The notes under the pieces are model-generated. The model made no database searches. It was not told the DNA's origin and was given only the letters and a program-made list of their open reading frames with translations. Below are positions 9,808 to 19,070 of a DNA stretch of 64,000 nt, piece after piece (position 1 is the stretch's first letter; every line of letters begins with the position of its first letter). Origin of the DNA: an uncultured Alphaproteobacteria bacterium (lineage in GTDB: Bacteria > Pseudomonadota > Alphaproteobacteria > SHVP01); contig CAYGKG010000005.1 of assembly GCA_964350495.1 (NCBI GenBank), positions 25 through 64,024 on the forward strand. Reading direction: 5' to 3'. Made by a program: the position numbers and the translations under genes.

Positions 9808-10533
9808 ATGGAAAACACCTCGTACATTGGCCTGTCGCGCCAAATCGCGCTAGGCCGCCAACTCGATCTGATCGCGAACAACGTCGCGAATATGAACTCT
9901 GCGGGGTTCAAGGGCGAACGTGCGATCTTCGAAGAGTTTCTCGTCAAGACGAGCGACCGCAAGAAGCTGTCCTACGTACAGGACCGCGGTATTTGGCGGG
10001 ACACGAAGGAAGGTCCAATGCAACGGACCGGCAACCCCTTCGATGTCGCGTTAAAGGGCGAAGCCTTCTTCGTCGTCGGCACGACCGACGGCCCCCGCTA
10101 CACCCAGAACGGACGGTTCCAGCTCGACGGCGACGGCACGCTTGTTACCCAGTCCGGTTTCCCGGTCCTGGACGAACGCGGCGATCCGGTCGTGATCGAC
10201 CCGCTCGATGGCGCGATCACGTTCTCAGCGGAGGGCGCTGTCATCGGAGACCTCGGGGAAATCGCGAGACTCCAACTGGTCAGCTTCGAAAACCTGCAGG
10301 GCATGCTCAAGATCGGCGACAGTCTCTATAACACCGAGCAAGAGCCTCAGGAACCGCAAGGCGTCCAAGTTCTCCAAGGGATGTTCGAGGGTTCGAACAT
10401 CCAGGGCATCGTCGAAATGACGCGCATGATGGATGTCGTGCGTGCCTACACCTCGACCGCCAGCATGATGCAAACCAACCACGACCTCCAGCGTCGCGCC
10501 GTCGAAAAGCTGGGCGAAGTGGTCTCCGCGTAA
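9808..10533 (+). CDS. flgF: Flagellar basal-body rod protein FlgF
   Basis: MENTSYIGLSRQIALGRQLDLIANNVANMNSAGFK rod N-terminal motif; RBS GGGAAGAAGGG. Confidence 0.85.
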   Translation: MENTSYIGLSRQIALGRQLDLIANNVANMNSAGFKGERAIFEEFLVKTSDRKKLSYVQDRGIWRDTKEGPMQRTGNPFDVALKGEAFFVVGTTDGPRYTQNGRFQLDGDGTLVTQSGFPVLDERGDPVVIDPLDGAITFSAEGAVIGDLGEIARLQLVSFENLQGMLKIGDSLYNTEQEPQEPQGVQVLQGMFEGSNIQGIVEMTRMMDVVRAYTSTASMMQTNHDLQRRAVEKLGEVVSA

Positions 10534-10557
10534 CAACACTAAACAGAGGATAACGCC

Positions 10558-11346
10558 ATGACGAGGTCCCTTAGCATCGCTGCCACAGGCATGCTGGCCC
10601 AACAACTCAACGTCGAGGTGATTTCTAACAACATCGCCAACTTGAACACGACTGGCTTCAAGCGCCAGCGGGCGGAGTTTCAGGATCTGATCTACCAGAA
10701 CCAGCTGCGTGTCGGATCGACCTCGACCGACGGCGGCTCGATCGTGCCGGCGGGCATCCAGCTTGGCACCGGCGTCAACGCCGGCGCGGTTTATCGCATC
10801 ACCGAGCAGGGTTCGGTGGTTCAGACCGGCAACACCTACGACCTCGCAGTCCAGGGCAAAGGTTACTTCCGCGTCGTCCTTCCGGACGGCCAGGAAACCT
10901 ACTCCCGAGCCGGTTCGTTCCAGCTATCGCCCACCGGCGAGATCGTAACCCAGGACGGGTTTCAGGTTTCACCGGGTGTAACGGTGCCGGCCGACGCTGT
11001 CGGCGTCACCATCAACCAGTCGGGCGAAGTCCTGGTCTCCATCGACGGACAGGTCGATCCCACAAACGTCGGGCAGCTTGAACTTGTCACCTTCCCGAAC
11101 GAGGCCGGACTAGAGGCGGTTGGCGACAACCTCTTCCTCGAAACCCCAGCGTCCGGCGCTGCAACCGTCGGCACGCCCGGAACCGGCGGCGTGGGCACCG
11201 TGCTTCAGGGATTTCTCGAAACCGCCAACGTCAACCCGGTCTCGGAAATCACCAATCTGATCACCGCCCAGCGCGCTTACGAAATGAACTCCAAGGTCAT
11301 TACCGCATCCGACGAAATGCTGCGGACAATCAGCAACCTTAGATAG
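10558..11346 (+). CDS. flgG: Flagellar basal-body rod protein FlgG
   Basis: MTRSLSIAATGMLAQQLNVEVISNNIANLNTTGFKRQRAEFQDL. Confidence 0.9.
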   Translation: MTRSLSIAATGMLAQQLNVEVISNNIANLNTTGFKRQRAEFQDLIYQNQLRVGSTSTDGGSIVPAGIQLGTGVNAGAVYRITEQGSVVQTGNTYDLAVQGKGYFRVVLPDGQETYSRAGSFQLSPTGEIVTQDGFQVSPGVTVPADAVGVTINQSGEVLVSIDGQVDPTNVGQLELVTFPNEAGLEAVGDNLFLETPASGAATVGTPGTGGVGTVLQGFLETANVNPVSEITNLITAQRAYEMNSKVITASDEMLRTISNLR

Positions 11347-11373
11347 CGAGGCGCCCGAAACGGCGATAGCTCC

Positions 11374-12339
11374 ATGAATATGAAACGCCCCCTCTTCCTC
11401 TTTGTTTGCGCGACGCTGGTCGCGGGCTGGCCGCTGTTCGCCGGCGCCGCACCGCAGCTCCGTTCGCCGATTGTTGTCGAGGGGCCGAATCTGACACTCG
11501 GCGACATCTTCGAAGATGCCGGTGGCGCGGCAAACGTGCGAGTCGGTCCGTCGCCGCAACCGGGCGAACGCACGGTGATTCGCCCCGGAACGCTTGCGCG
11601 TTTTGCCAAGCAACACGGCTTGGCGTGGACACCGGGACCGGCCGTTACCGCGGTCATCGTTCGGCGATCGAGCACAACCCTGGCCGAAGACGACGTTCGT
11701 ATCGTGTTGCGCCAGGCTCTGCGCGATCAGGGTATCCGCGGCCAATTCGATATCGACCTAAGGACGCGGGGATTCGACGTCGCGTTGCCGGCCGACAGCC
11801 TCATCGACCTGGAGGTCGATCGGCTGTCCTACGACCCTTCGAGCGGGCGCTTCACCGCCTTGCTCCGGGTTAGCGGCGAGGACTTCGCGACCCAAGAAAT
11901 CGCGCTCGACGGCACCGCGCATTCGATTGTGGAAATTCCAGTGACGACCCGCGGCGTTGCGAAGGGTGAAATCATCTCGGAGTCGGATGTCGCCTGGGTG
12001 GAAATCCGCGCCGACGGTATTCGCCGGCAAACCGCGACCGAGCTCGACCAAATCGTCGGGCAGGAAGCAAAGCGGCAAATCCGAGCGGATACGCCAATAC
12101 GCGTCGGCGATGTCTGGGCCCCGCGGCTCGTCCGCAAGGGCGATCTCGTCACCCTCTCGGTCCACACCCGATTCATGCTGCTCCAAACCAACGGTCAGGC
12201 GCTGGAGGACGGCGCCCTCAACGAGGTCGTCAGGATCTTGAACCTCAAAAGCAAGAAGACCGTCCAGGGCGTCGTCAGCGGCGAGGGTGAAATTCGGATC
12301 CCGCACAACACCGCCAATCAGCTCATCGCGACCAACTAG
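11374..12339 (+). CDS. flgA: Flagellar P-ring formation chaperone FlgA
   Basis: Signal peptide, SAF-type C-terminal domain, position between flgG and flgH. Confidence 0.7.
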   Translation: MNMKRPLFLFVCATLVAGWPLFAGAAPQLRSPIVVEGPNLTLGDIFEDAGGAANVRVGPSPQPGERTVIRPGTLARFAKQHGLAWTPGPAVTAVIVRRSSTTLAEDDVRIVLRQALRDQGIRGQFDIDLRTRGFDVALPADSLIDLEVDRLSYDPSSGRFTALLRVSGEDFATQEIALDGTAHSIVEIPVTTRGVAKGEIISESDVAWVEIRADGIRRQTATELDQIVGQEAKRQIRADTPIRVGDVWAPRLVRKGDLVTLSVHTRFMLLQTNGQALEDGALNEVVRILNLKSKKTVQGVVSGEGEIRIPHNTANQLIATN

Positions 12340-12360
12340 CGTCGGAAAAGGAATATTCCC

Positions 12361-13125
12361 ATGCCCCTCCCCTCCACCCGCCACATTCGCAACGTTTCGC
12401 TGGCGCTGGCGTTGGCGACGACCCTCAGCGCCTGCAACGCGGTCAATCGAATGGCCCAAATCGGCACGGTGCCCCCGATCACACCGATCGAAAACCCGAC
12501 CCAAGCACCCGGTTACCGCGTCGTGAGCCTGCCGATGCCCGATCCGACCAACGACAGCTTTATGTCCAATTCGCTGTGGCGGCAGGGCGCCCGCGCGTTC
12601 TTCAAGGATCAGCGCGCGTCCCGCGTCGGCGACATTCTGACGGTGGTCATCAACATCAACGATCAAGCCTCGTTCGACAACGAAACCGAAAGAACCCGCG
12701 AGAACACCGAGGACTCGGACGTCACAAACCTTTTCGGTCTTGAGTCCCAACTCGAGAAGCGGCTCCTGCCGGAAGCTTTCAACCCGGCCAGCGCCTTGAG
12801 CCTTGGCAGCACCTCCAAGTCGAAGGGTGCCGGTAAAGTCGATCGCTCGGAAGCGCTTAGCATCACAGTGGCCGCAATCGTTACCCAGGTCCTTCCCAAC
12901 GGTAATCTGGTGATTCAGGGCCGCCAGGAGGTTCGCGTCAATTTCGAGGTCCGCGAATTGCTGGTCGCCGGTGTCGTCAGACCCGAAGACATCACCGCCA
13001 TCAACCAGATCCAACACACGCAGATTGCTGAAGCACGTATTTCCTACGGCGGACGCGGGCAACTAACGGATGTGCAGCAGCCTCGCTACGGTCAGCAGGT
13101 TCTGGATATTCTGTTCCCGTTCTAG
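12361..13125 (+). CDS. flgH: Flagellar L-ring lipoprotein FlgH
   Basis: Lipoprotein signal (LSAC), conserved FlgH core (ITVAAIVTQVLPNGNLVIQGRQEVRVNFE). Confidence 0.85.
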   Translation: MPLPSTRHIRNVSLALALATTLSACNAVNRMAQIGTVPPITPIENPTQAPGYRVVSLPMPDPTNDSFMSNSLWRQGARAFFKDQRASRVGDILTVVININDQASFDNETERTRENTEDSDVTNLFGLESQLEKRLLPEAFNPASALSLGSTSKSKGAGKVDRSEALSITVAAIVTQVLPNGNLVIQGRQEVRVNFEVRELLVAGVVRPEDITAINQIQHTQIAEARISYGGRGQLTDVQQPRYGQQVLDILFPF

Positions 13126-13143
13126 CAAGTCCGTCCTTGCCAG

Positions 13144-13180
13144 AGAAAAGGCCGGTCCAGAATGGACCGGCCTTTTCATT
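13144..13180. terminator. Bidirectional intrinsic terminator: AAAA-GGCCGGTCCA-gaa-TGGACCGGCC-TTTT between convergent flgH and the dksA-like gene
   Basis: Perfect 10-bp GC-rich stem, 3-nt loop, A-tract and T-tract on either side. Confidence 0.7.
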
Positions 13181-13210
13181 TTGCCTGTGTCAGGCGGCTA
13201 GTCTCTGGAC

Positions 13211-14152
13211 CTACTCGTCGCGGTAGACGCGCTCCCGGCGCTCGTGCCGCTCTTGCGCTTCGATGCTCAGCGTTGCGATCGGACGCGCTTCAAGGCGTTT
13301 TAGGCCGATTGGCTCGTCGGTTTCCTCGCAATAGCCATAGGTCCCATCGACGATTCGGCCAAGCGCGGCATCGATCTTCGAAATCAGTTTTCGCTCGCGA
13401 TCGCGGGTGCGCAGTTCGAGGGAGCGATCGGACTCGGCGGACGCGCGGTCCGCTAGGTCGGGCTCCGACAGACTCGTCTCCTGGAGGTGCGCGAGGGTCT
13501 GGGTCGATTCCCGCAATAACTCGGCGCGCCAGTCGAGCAACTTGTTCTTGAAGTACGCCAATTGCTTGGGATTCATGAACGGCTCTTTTTCAGTCGGCTC
13601 ATAGTTTTTGGGAACGCGTGCGCGGGTATGCAACTGCGCCCGTTTACGCCGTTCCTCATCGGCCAATCGAGCCCGTTCGGCTGCAGCGACCTTAGAATCC
13701 TTGACGCGATCGAGCTCGTCTTGTTCGCGTTTCGCACTCGTCGCGCGCTTGGCCCTAGCGGTCCGAGGTTTATCGGACGCGCTCTTGCTCGGTACCGCGG
13801 CCTTGCGCTCCTTTGGCGCACTTGATCGCGCCGCAGCTTTTTTGACGGCTGCCTTGAGCGATTTGACCGCAGCTTTTGGCGCCTTCGGTTTAGCAGCAAC
13901 GCGTTTGCTCGGCGCCGGTTTGGCTTTCCGCGCTGGCGCCGCCTTTTTTACGGGGGCCGCTTTTTTTGCGGAAACTGACGCCTTCTTCGCCGGCGCTTTC
14001 TTCGGCGCCGGCGTCTTCCGCGTCGGCGCCTTTTTGGCAGACCGTTTCGGCTTGGGCGCGACCTTCTTGGAGGCTGCGCGGGCCGGCTTTTTCTTGGCCG
14101 GCTTCCCCTTGGTCTTTGAGACTGACTTTCGCGCCATCGTTCTGCTTGCCAT
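13211..14152 (-). CDS. dksA: DksA/TraR-family RNA polymerase-binding factor with a ~180-aa Lys/Ala/Pro-rich histone-H1-like N-terminal extension (start placed at the RBS-supported ATG, 14152)
   Basis: C-terminal 130 aa align to DksA (NPKQLAYFKNKLLDWRAELL...ELRTRDRERKLISKIDAALGRI...GYCEE...GLKRLEARPIATLSIE); N-terminal AKKAAPAKK repeats; only one Cys, so no C4 zinc finger. Confidence 0.75.
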   Translation of the reverse strand: MASRTMARKSVSKTKGKPAKKKPARAASKKVAPKPKRSAKKAPTRKTPAPKKAPAKKASVSAKKAAPVKKAAPARKAKPAPSKRVAAKPKAPKAAVKSLKAAVKKAAARSSAPKERKAAVPSKSASDKPRTARAKRATSAKREQDELDRVKDSKVAAAERARLADEERRKRAQLHTRARVPKNYEPTEKEPFMNPKQLAYFKNKLLDWRAELLRESTQTLAHLQETSLSEPDLADRASAESDRSLELRTRDRERKLISKIDAALGRIVDGTYGYCEETDEPIGLKRLEARPIATLSIEAQERHERRERVYRDE

Positions 14153-14285
14153 CAGTTCCCCGAAGCCTAGTGATACCGAAAAGACACACTTCGCCAAAAG
14201 GCGCCGCAGTATAAGGACGGGACCGCCGCCCCACAAGGGATGCCAGGAGGGTGCCTAAAGCTTTGTATTTGGCGGAAATATGCCT

Positions 14286-14711
14286 CTACAGGCGGTCGTA
14301 CTTGGCCAACTCCACCGCGGCGCGCAGTTCGATCTCATCGAGAATCTGTTGCAGCCGCGGATCGTCGATCACCTGTCGCTCCGCCTTCACCGCCTGGACC
14401 AGCGCACCGAGTTTGGCTCGGGGAATACCGCCGACCAATAGGCCAAGACGAACCTGGTCAAGAAGATCGAGCATTTCCCGTCCCCGGCCCATCGCCCGTT
14501 TTCGCCCGGTCAACGCGTCGCCAACCTCCTGAAGCGCGATCAGCGCATCGACCGGCGTCAAAGAGTTGGGGCCACGGACTTGCCCAGCCGCCGCCGGTTC
14601 AGCGTCGTTCGCCGAAATTTGATCGGAAAAGCCTGTCCCGCCGCCGCCACCGCTTTTGCGGGAGCGGCGGATCGCGTTGGCCTGTACCGGACCGGGCCCG
14701 TTAACTTTCAT
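14286..14711 (-). CDS. fliX: Flagellar assembly regulator FliX (start at the internal MKVNGPGP with SD AAGGAAGA)
   Basis: MKV.GPG start, Gly-rich segment, C-terminal ELRAAVELAK signature; divergent from flgI as in Caulobacter. Confidence 0.6.
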   Translation of the reverse strand: MKVNGPGPVQANAIRRSRKSGGGGGTGFSDQISANDAEPAAAGQVRGPNSLTPVDALIALQEVGDALTGRKRAMGRGREMLDLLDQVRLGLLVGGIPRAKLGALVQAVKAERQVIDDPRLQQILDEIELRAAVELAKYDRL

Positions 14712-14760
14712 CGACAGAGTCTTCCTTGCTGAAGCATGGTCGCGACTATCGCAGCCCATG

Positions 14761-14776
14761 GTTAACGGGTGGTTAA
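14761..14776 (-). promoter_or_regulatory. CtrA box TTAA-N7-TTAAC (reads TTAACCACCCGTTAAC on the minus strand) 50 nt upstream of fliX
   Basis: Exact consensus match, correctly oriented for fliX. Confidence 0.55.
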
Positions 14777-14899
14777 GAGCGACCGCCAATGCGGCAGCAT
14801 TTGCCGCCTGCCCCACTCCAACGGGCAGCGTTTGCCGTTCCGGACCCGGCGTTCCCCAACAATGCTATTTTGAATCAATAGGTTATGTCGATTTCGGGA

Positions 14900-14914
14900 T
14901 GGCACGGCCTTCGC
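14900..14914 (+). promoter_or_regulatory. sigma54-type promoter TGGCAC-N5-TCGC upstream of flgI
   Basis: -24 TGGCAC exact, -12 GC conserved, 40 nt upstream of the ATG. Confidence 0.5.
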
Positions 14915-14954
14915 AGTAGAAGAGCCAGGAAGAATTCCCGGTGGTAGTCAATCA

Positions 14955-16103
14955 ATGATCCCGCGCCCGAATAGCCTTCGTTTCATCCCGCTGCTGCGCC
15001 GTGCCGCATTGGCGATCGGCGGTAGCGTCTTGATTGCTTCTCTCGCCGCGCCTGCCGGCGCGGCCTCGCGGATCAAGGATATCGTCAATATCGAGGGCGT
15101 CCGCGACAACCTTCTGGTCGGTTACGGCTTGGTCGTCGGTTTGAACGGCACCGGCGACTCCCTCAGGAATTCGCCTTTCACCCGGCAAAGCCTTCAGGCC
15201 ATGCTGGAGCGCCTGGGCGTCAACGTGCGCAACGTCGATCTGAACACCGACAACGTTGCGGCCGTGATGGTCTCGGCCAATCTGCCGCCGTTCTCGCGTC
15301 AGGGGAGCCGGATCGACGTAACGGTCAGTACGCTGGGCGACGCGGAAAACTTGTTGGGCGGAACCCTTCTCGTGACACCGCTGCTCGGCGCCGACGGGCA
15401 AGTCTACTCCGTCGCCCAAGGGCCCGTTGTCGTTGGCGGCTTCTCGGTCCAAGGCGACGCGGCAACGTTCGTCAAAGGCGTCCCGACCTCAGGCAGGGTG
15501 CCCAATGGTGGCATTATCGAACAGGAGATCCCGTTCGAAATGGCCGATCTCGCCCGGATGCGGCTCGCACTCAAGAATCCGGACCTGACGACCGCACGTC
15601 GCGTTGCCGACGCGATCAACGCTTTTCTTGGCATCGAAGCCGCCGTGATGTCCGACCCCGGAACCGTCGTCCTCACGGCGCCGGCGGCCTACGCAAACGA
15701 TATGACGGCGCTCCTTGCCGACATCGAACAGCTCCGCGTCGAACCCGATCAGCCCGCGCGGGTCGTCATCGACGAAACGACCGGGGTCATCGTGCTGGGC
15801 AACGACGTCCGTGTGAACACCGTTGCGATTGCCCAGGGCAACCTAACCATTCGGGTGACCGAAACGCCGCAGGTTTCGCAGCCCGCGCCATTCGCTCAGG
15901 CCGGCGATACGGTCGTCGTGCCGCGCACCCAGATCGATGTCGTCGAGAGCAACTCGAAGCTGGCCGTGGTCGAATCCGGCGTCAACCTTCAGGAACTTGT
16001 CGACGGATTGAATTCGCTCGGTATCAGCCCGCGCGACATGATCTCCATTCTGCAAGCGCTGAAGACCGCCGGCGCACTGCAAGCAGAAATCGTGTTGATG
16101 TAA
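14955..16103 (+). CDS. flgI: Flagellar P-ring protein FlgI
   Basis: Signal peptide plus IKDIVNIEGVRDNLLVGYGLVVGLNGTGD. Confidence 0.9.
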   Translation: MIPRPNSLRFIPLLRRAALAIGGSVLIASLAAPAGAASRIKDIVNIEGVRDNLLVGYGLVVGLNGTGDSLRNSPFTRQSLQAMLERLGVNVRNVDLNTDNVAAVMVSANLPPFSRQGSRIDVTVSTLGDAENLLGGTLLVTPLLGADGQVYSVAQGPVVVGGFSVQGDAATFVKGVPTSGRVPNGGIIEQEIPFEMADLARMRLALKNPDLTTARRVADAINAFLGIEAAVMSDPGTVVLTAPAAYANDMTALLADIEQLRVEPDQPARVVIDETTGVIVLGNDVRVNTVAIAQGNLTIRVTETPQVSQPAPFAQAGDTVVVPRTQIDVVESNSKLAVVESGVNLQELVDGLNSLGISPRDMISILQALKTAGALQAEIVLM

Positions 16104-16426
16104 TGGACCGCCTCAACGCCCTGCCCTCGCCTTTGCTGGACGTGCAGTCCACGGCGATCGCCCAGAGCGCGACCGCGGCCAAACGTCTAAACCGGACCGA
16201 AGTTCAGGCGCGCGACACCGCTCAGTCCTTCGAATCGGTCTTCCTGTTTGAAGTCCTTCAGTCCATGTATTCCGGCATGAAACCCGGCGCGTTCGGCGGC
16301 GGTAACGAGGAAACGCTGTTTCGTTCCATGATGAACGAAGAGGTTGCCAAGTCGATTAGTCGACAAGGCGGCATTGGCATCGCCGACTCGGTTTACCGGG
16401 AAATCATGCGCCAGCAGGAGGTGTAG
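16103..16426 (+). CDS. Flagellar rod-binding protein (FlgJ N-domain / CheL-like), 107 aa
   Basis: FESVFLFEVLQSMYSGMKP...LFRSMMNEEVAKSIS matches the rod-binding domain; ATG overlaps the flgI stop. Confidence 0.65.
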   Translation: MDRLNALPSPLLDVQSTAIAQSATAAKRLNRTEVQARDTAQSFESVFLFEVLQSMYSGMKPGAFGGGNEETLFRSMMNEEVAKSISRQGGIGIADSVYREIMRQQEV

Positions 16427-16428
16427 CA

Positions 16429-16869
16429 ATGCCCGCAGCTGCAGAACGAATCGCCGGACTAATCGACATCACTGAGCGGCTCGGCGAAGTTGTTGAACAG
16501 GAAACCACGCTCCTCAAACAACGCCGGCCCGACCAGATCGGAAACTTGCTTCCCAGGAAGACCCAACTCGGTGCGGCCTACGAAGAGGAACTCACCATCA
16601 TCGGGCGCAACCGCGATTTTCTGATGAAAGAAGCGCCGCACGAAATGGGACAGCTCCAGTCCGTCGTTGCGCGGTTCCGCAAAACTCTCGACGAGCACGG
16701 CCGTGTACTGGCGGCCGCCAAAGTTGTTACGGAACGAATGGTTCGAAATATCAGCGACGAAGTCGCGCGGCGCGACCGTCCCGATGCCGGGTATTCACGC
16801 TATGCCCGCCAGGCGCGACCGAACCGGACCTCGCGACCGGTATCCCTGGCCGTCAACCAGGTCGTCTAA
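16429..16869 (+). CDS. Hypothetical helical protein of the flgI operon (FlgN/FlbY-like chaperone candidate)
   Basis: Position after flgI-cheL as in Caulobacter; helical, 146 aa; no confident family assignment. Confidence 0.35.
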   Translation: MPAAAERIAGLIDITERLGEVVEQETTLLKQRRPDQIGNLLPRKTQLGAAYEEELTIIGRNRDFLMKEAPHEMGQLQSVVARFRKTLDEHGRVLAAAKVVTERMVRNISDEVARRDRPDAGYSRYARQARPNRTSRPVSLAVNQVV

Positions 16870-16956
16870 CCCACCGGCCACCAGACAAAGAAAATCGCCC
16901 CGGGCGACTGACTTTCGTCACTCGCCCGCCGACGACCAAATTCTACCGGCTCGTAA

Positions 16957-17373
16957 TCAGGTCTGTTCGTCGACGAAACTTCCCTTGATCTCCCGTAGGA
17001 ACGCCGACCGCGCAAGATCCGCCTCTGACGGAAACTGACGCTCGACCTCCTTGGTGACCGAGTTCAAGCCACGATAAACAAACCGTTCTGTTGTCGAATC
17101 CTGCAGGATCGACAGACGAGTACCGCCGAGATCGGCTAGCGAAGATCCGACCGACTTCCGACGAGGCTCCTCTTTAGGCTCTTCCTGAGCCTCTTCTTCA
17201 TTCGCATTCTGCGGTGATGGAGCCGTCGCAGTGACCGCGCGCTCTTGCTGTGGACGAACCACAGGTGTCGCGGCACTGCTTGGCGTCGAAGTCGTTTCGG
17301 TCCTGGCCGGCGCGTTCTTCTGCGCTACTGAGCCTAAGGGAGCAATTTCCACGACCATTTGCTTCATCCGCAC
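16957..17373 (-). CDS. flaG: FlaG-family flagellar protein
   Basis: C-terminal RFVYRGLNSVTKEVERQFPSEADL resembles the FlaG signature. Confidence 0.55.
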   Translation of the reverse strand: MRMKQMVVEIAPLGSVAQKNAPARTETTSTPSSAATPVVRPQQERAVTATAPSPQNANEEEAQEEPKEEPRRKSVGSSLADLGGTRLSILQDSTTERFVYRGLNSVTKEVERQFPSEADLARSAFLREIKGSFVDEQT

Positions 17374-17487
17374 CGGTCCTTTTGGGACCGTTTCCTAAGA
17401 GGTTCTCTCCTGAATCAAATATAAACCAAGCATTTACCAGTTCAACCTTTCATCCGTCGCAACAATCCCCCGTTTGCGTCCGTTTAG

Positions 17488-17943
17488 TCAGCTCGCAAGT
17501 GCTGCGCGCTGTAGTATGGGAGGACTTTCCCTGTCTTGTTCGTCTTCTTGCGGTACGTAGTTGAGCCTCGCCTCCTCAAACGGGAACAACTTCTTGCACG
17601 TACTCAGAGCGCGGTAATAGCTTCCCTTCTGGACGTCAGCCAGAATGTTGGCGCATTGTGCCCGTGCTTCCCGGTCCTTGATCGCCCCTAGAAACTCGTC
17701 CAGGCGTCGCTCGAAGAGCTGGAGGTAAGCACCGCTGTTGGAATCGTCCAGATACAACATTTGGATGGCGAAGTAGATCCGGCGCACCGGCGTACTCGCA
17801 TCGCCCTCCTGCATCACGTCCTTCTCGCGAAGGATCGAGACGTTGTTCTGAATGAGTAGGTGAGAGCGGCGTTCACCGTTGACGACAACTGCGCCATTGA
17901 TGACAAACCGTTCCCGCGGCTTAAGAGTGAGCTTTAGAGCCAT
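17488..17943 (-). CDS. flbT: Flagellin synthesis regulator FlbT (copy 1)
   Basis: MALKLTLKPRERFVINGAVVVNG N-terminus typical of FlbT. Confidence 0.8.
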   Translation of the reverse strand: MALKLTLKPRERFVINGAVVVNGERRSHLLIQNNVSILREKDVMQEGDASTPVRRIYFAIQMLYLDDSNSGAYLQLFERRLDEFLGAIKDREARAQCANILADVQKGSYYRALSTCKKLFPFEEARLNYVPQEDEQDRESPPILQRAALAS

Positions 17944-18094
17944 AGGAACCTCCTAGGGCTTCCGCCACCCAACCGGCCGCAGCGTCGCGCGCTTTTTGTC
18001 GCACGGCCCCTCGCGTTATTGGCCTTGTTATACATGTGTCTCCTCATTCTAAGTCGACCAGTGAACTCTCGTTTTCGTCTCGTTGGGCGCTTCG

Positions 18095-18125
18095 AGCGGG
18101 GGCCGGCCGGCGATGACCGGCCCCA
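18095..18125 (-). terminator. GC-rich hairpin (GGGGCCGG...CCGGCCCC) just downstream of flagellin 1; possible terminator/attenuator
   Basis: Inverted repeat seen in sequence; no clear U-tract. Confidence 0.25.
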
Positions 18126-18144
18126 CTTCGAAACCCCTAGTCCT

Positions 18145-18966
18145 TTACTGGAAGAGGCCCAGGATGGTCTGCGGACCCGCATTGGCAATGGCGAGCGACT
18201 GCACGCCGAGCTGCTGCTGGATCTGCAACGCCTGCAAAGTGGCCGATTCTTGGGCAAGGTCAGCGTCGACCAAGTTACCCAGACCTTCGGTCAAGATGTT
18301 GACGAGAGAAGTGGTAAAGTCGGTTTGAACCTCGATCCGCTTCGCGGCGGCACCGAGGGCAGCAAGCTTATCCGCGACAGAAGTGATCGCGGAGTCGATT
18401 GCCGTAAGCGCGGTAGAAGCGCCAGCACTGGTGGAAAGATCCGTTGAAGCGATCCCAAGCGACGACGACGCCATTGCTTGAGCGCTCACGGTGATCGTGC
18501 TGCCTTCGGCCGTGCTAAGGACCGACGTGTTCGTCGCCCCAGAGCTGATCAGGTTGACCGAGTTGAACTCGGCCGTCGCAACGATCGTGTCGAGCTGATC
18601 GCGCAACGCCTTGAAATCGTTCTGCAACGCGGTGCGCGATGCAGAATCAAGACCTGCCTGATTTGCCTGAACGACCTTCGCCTTCATCTCGACCAGCAGG
18701 TCGGCAATCGCTTTGCCACCCGAGATCGCAACGTTGGTCACGGCTTCACCATTCGCCAAGGCGATTTTCACCGCGTTGGTGCCGGCGATGTCGCCCCGAA
18801 GCCGCGTCGCAATCTGAAAGGTTGCGGCATCGTCTTTGGGGCCGTTCACTTTCAGACCCGTGGTAATCCGGAGCTGAGTCCTTTGCAGCCTCTTCTGTGT
18901 TAGAGAAAGCTGCTCCAACGCGACCATAGCGCCGGAATTGGTGTTGATAGACAGTCCTTGAACCAT
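18145..18966 (-). CDS. Flagellin (273 aa, short Caulobacter-type, Ser/Thr-rich central region)
   Basis: Conserved flagellin N- and C-terminal helices (LSINTN..., ...LQIQQQLGVQSLAIANAGPQTILGLFQ). Confidence 0.9.
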   Translation of the reverse strand: MVQGLSINTNSGAMVALEQLSLTQKRLQRTQLRITTGLKVNGPKDDAATFQIATRLRGDIAGTNAVKIALANGEAVTNVAISGGKAIADLLVEMKAKVVQANQAGLDSASRTALQNDFKALRDQLDTIVATAEFNSVNLISSGATNTSVLSTAEGSTITVSAQAMASSSLGIASTDLSTSAGASTALTAIDSAITSVADKLAALGAAAKRIEVQTDFTTSLVNILTEGLGNLVDADLAQESATLQALQIQQQLGVQSLAIANAGPQTILGLFQ

Positions 18967-19070
18967 CGAAAACCTTCTTTCTAAGTTTGCTACCCCACTT
19001 TCTGCGGGGTTTGTGTGCGGTCCGGTGTTCAGGGCACCGCAGCAACTGCGGCGCCCTGCTTACCGAGCAG

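Noticed and set aside
13211-14236. Full 341-aa ORF for the DksA-like gene beginning MWGGGPVLIL
   Set aside because: The track start is a TTG alternative start with no RBS. The ATG at 14152 has a GGGGAA Shine-Dalgarno, so I placed the start there; the H1-like extension is still retained
18967-19070. Looked for a sigma54 promoter upstream of flagellin 1
   Set aside because: No GG-N10-GC match; only an imperfect GC hairpin. It is likely co-transcribed with flagellin 2
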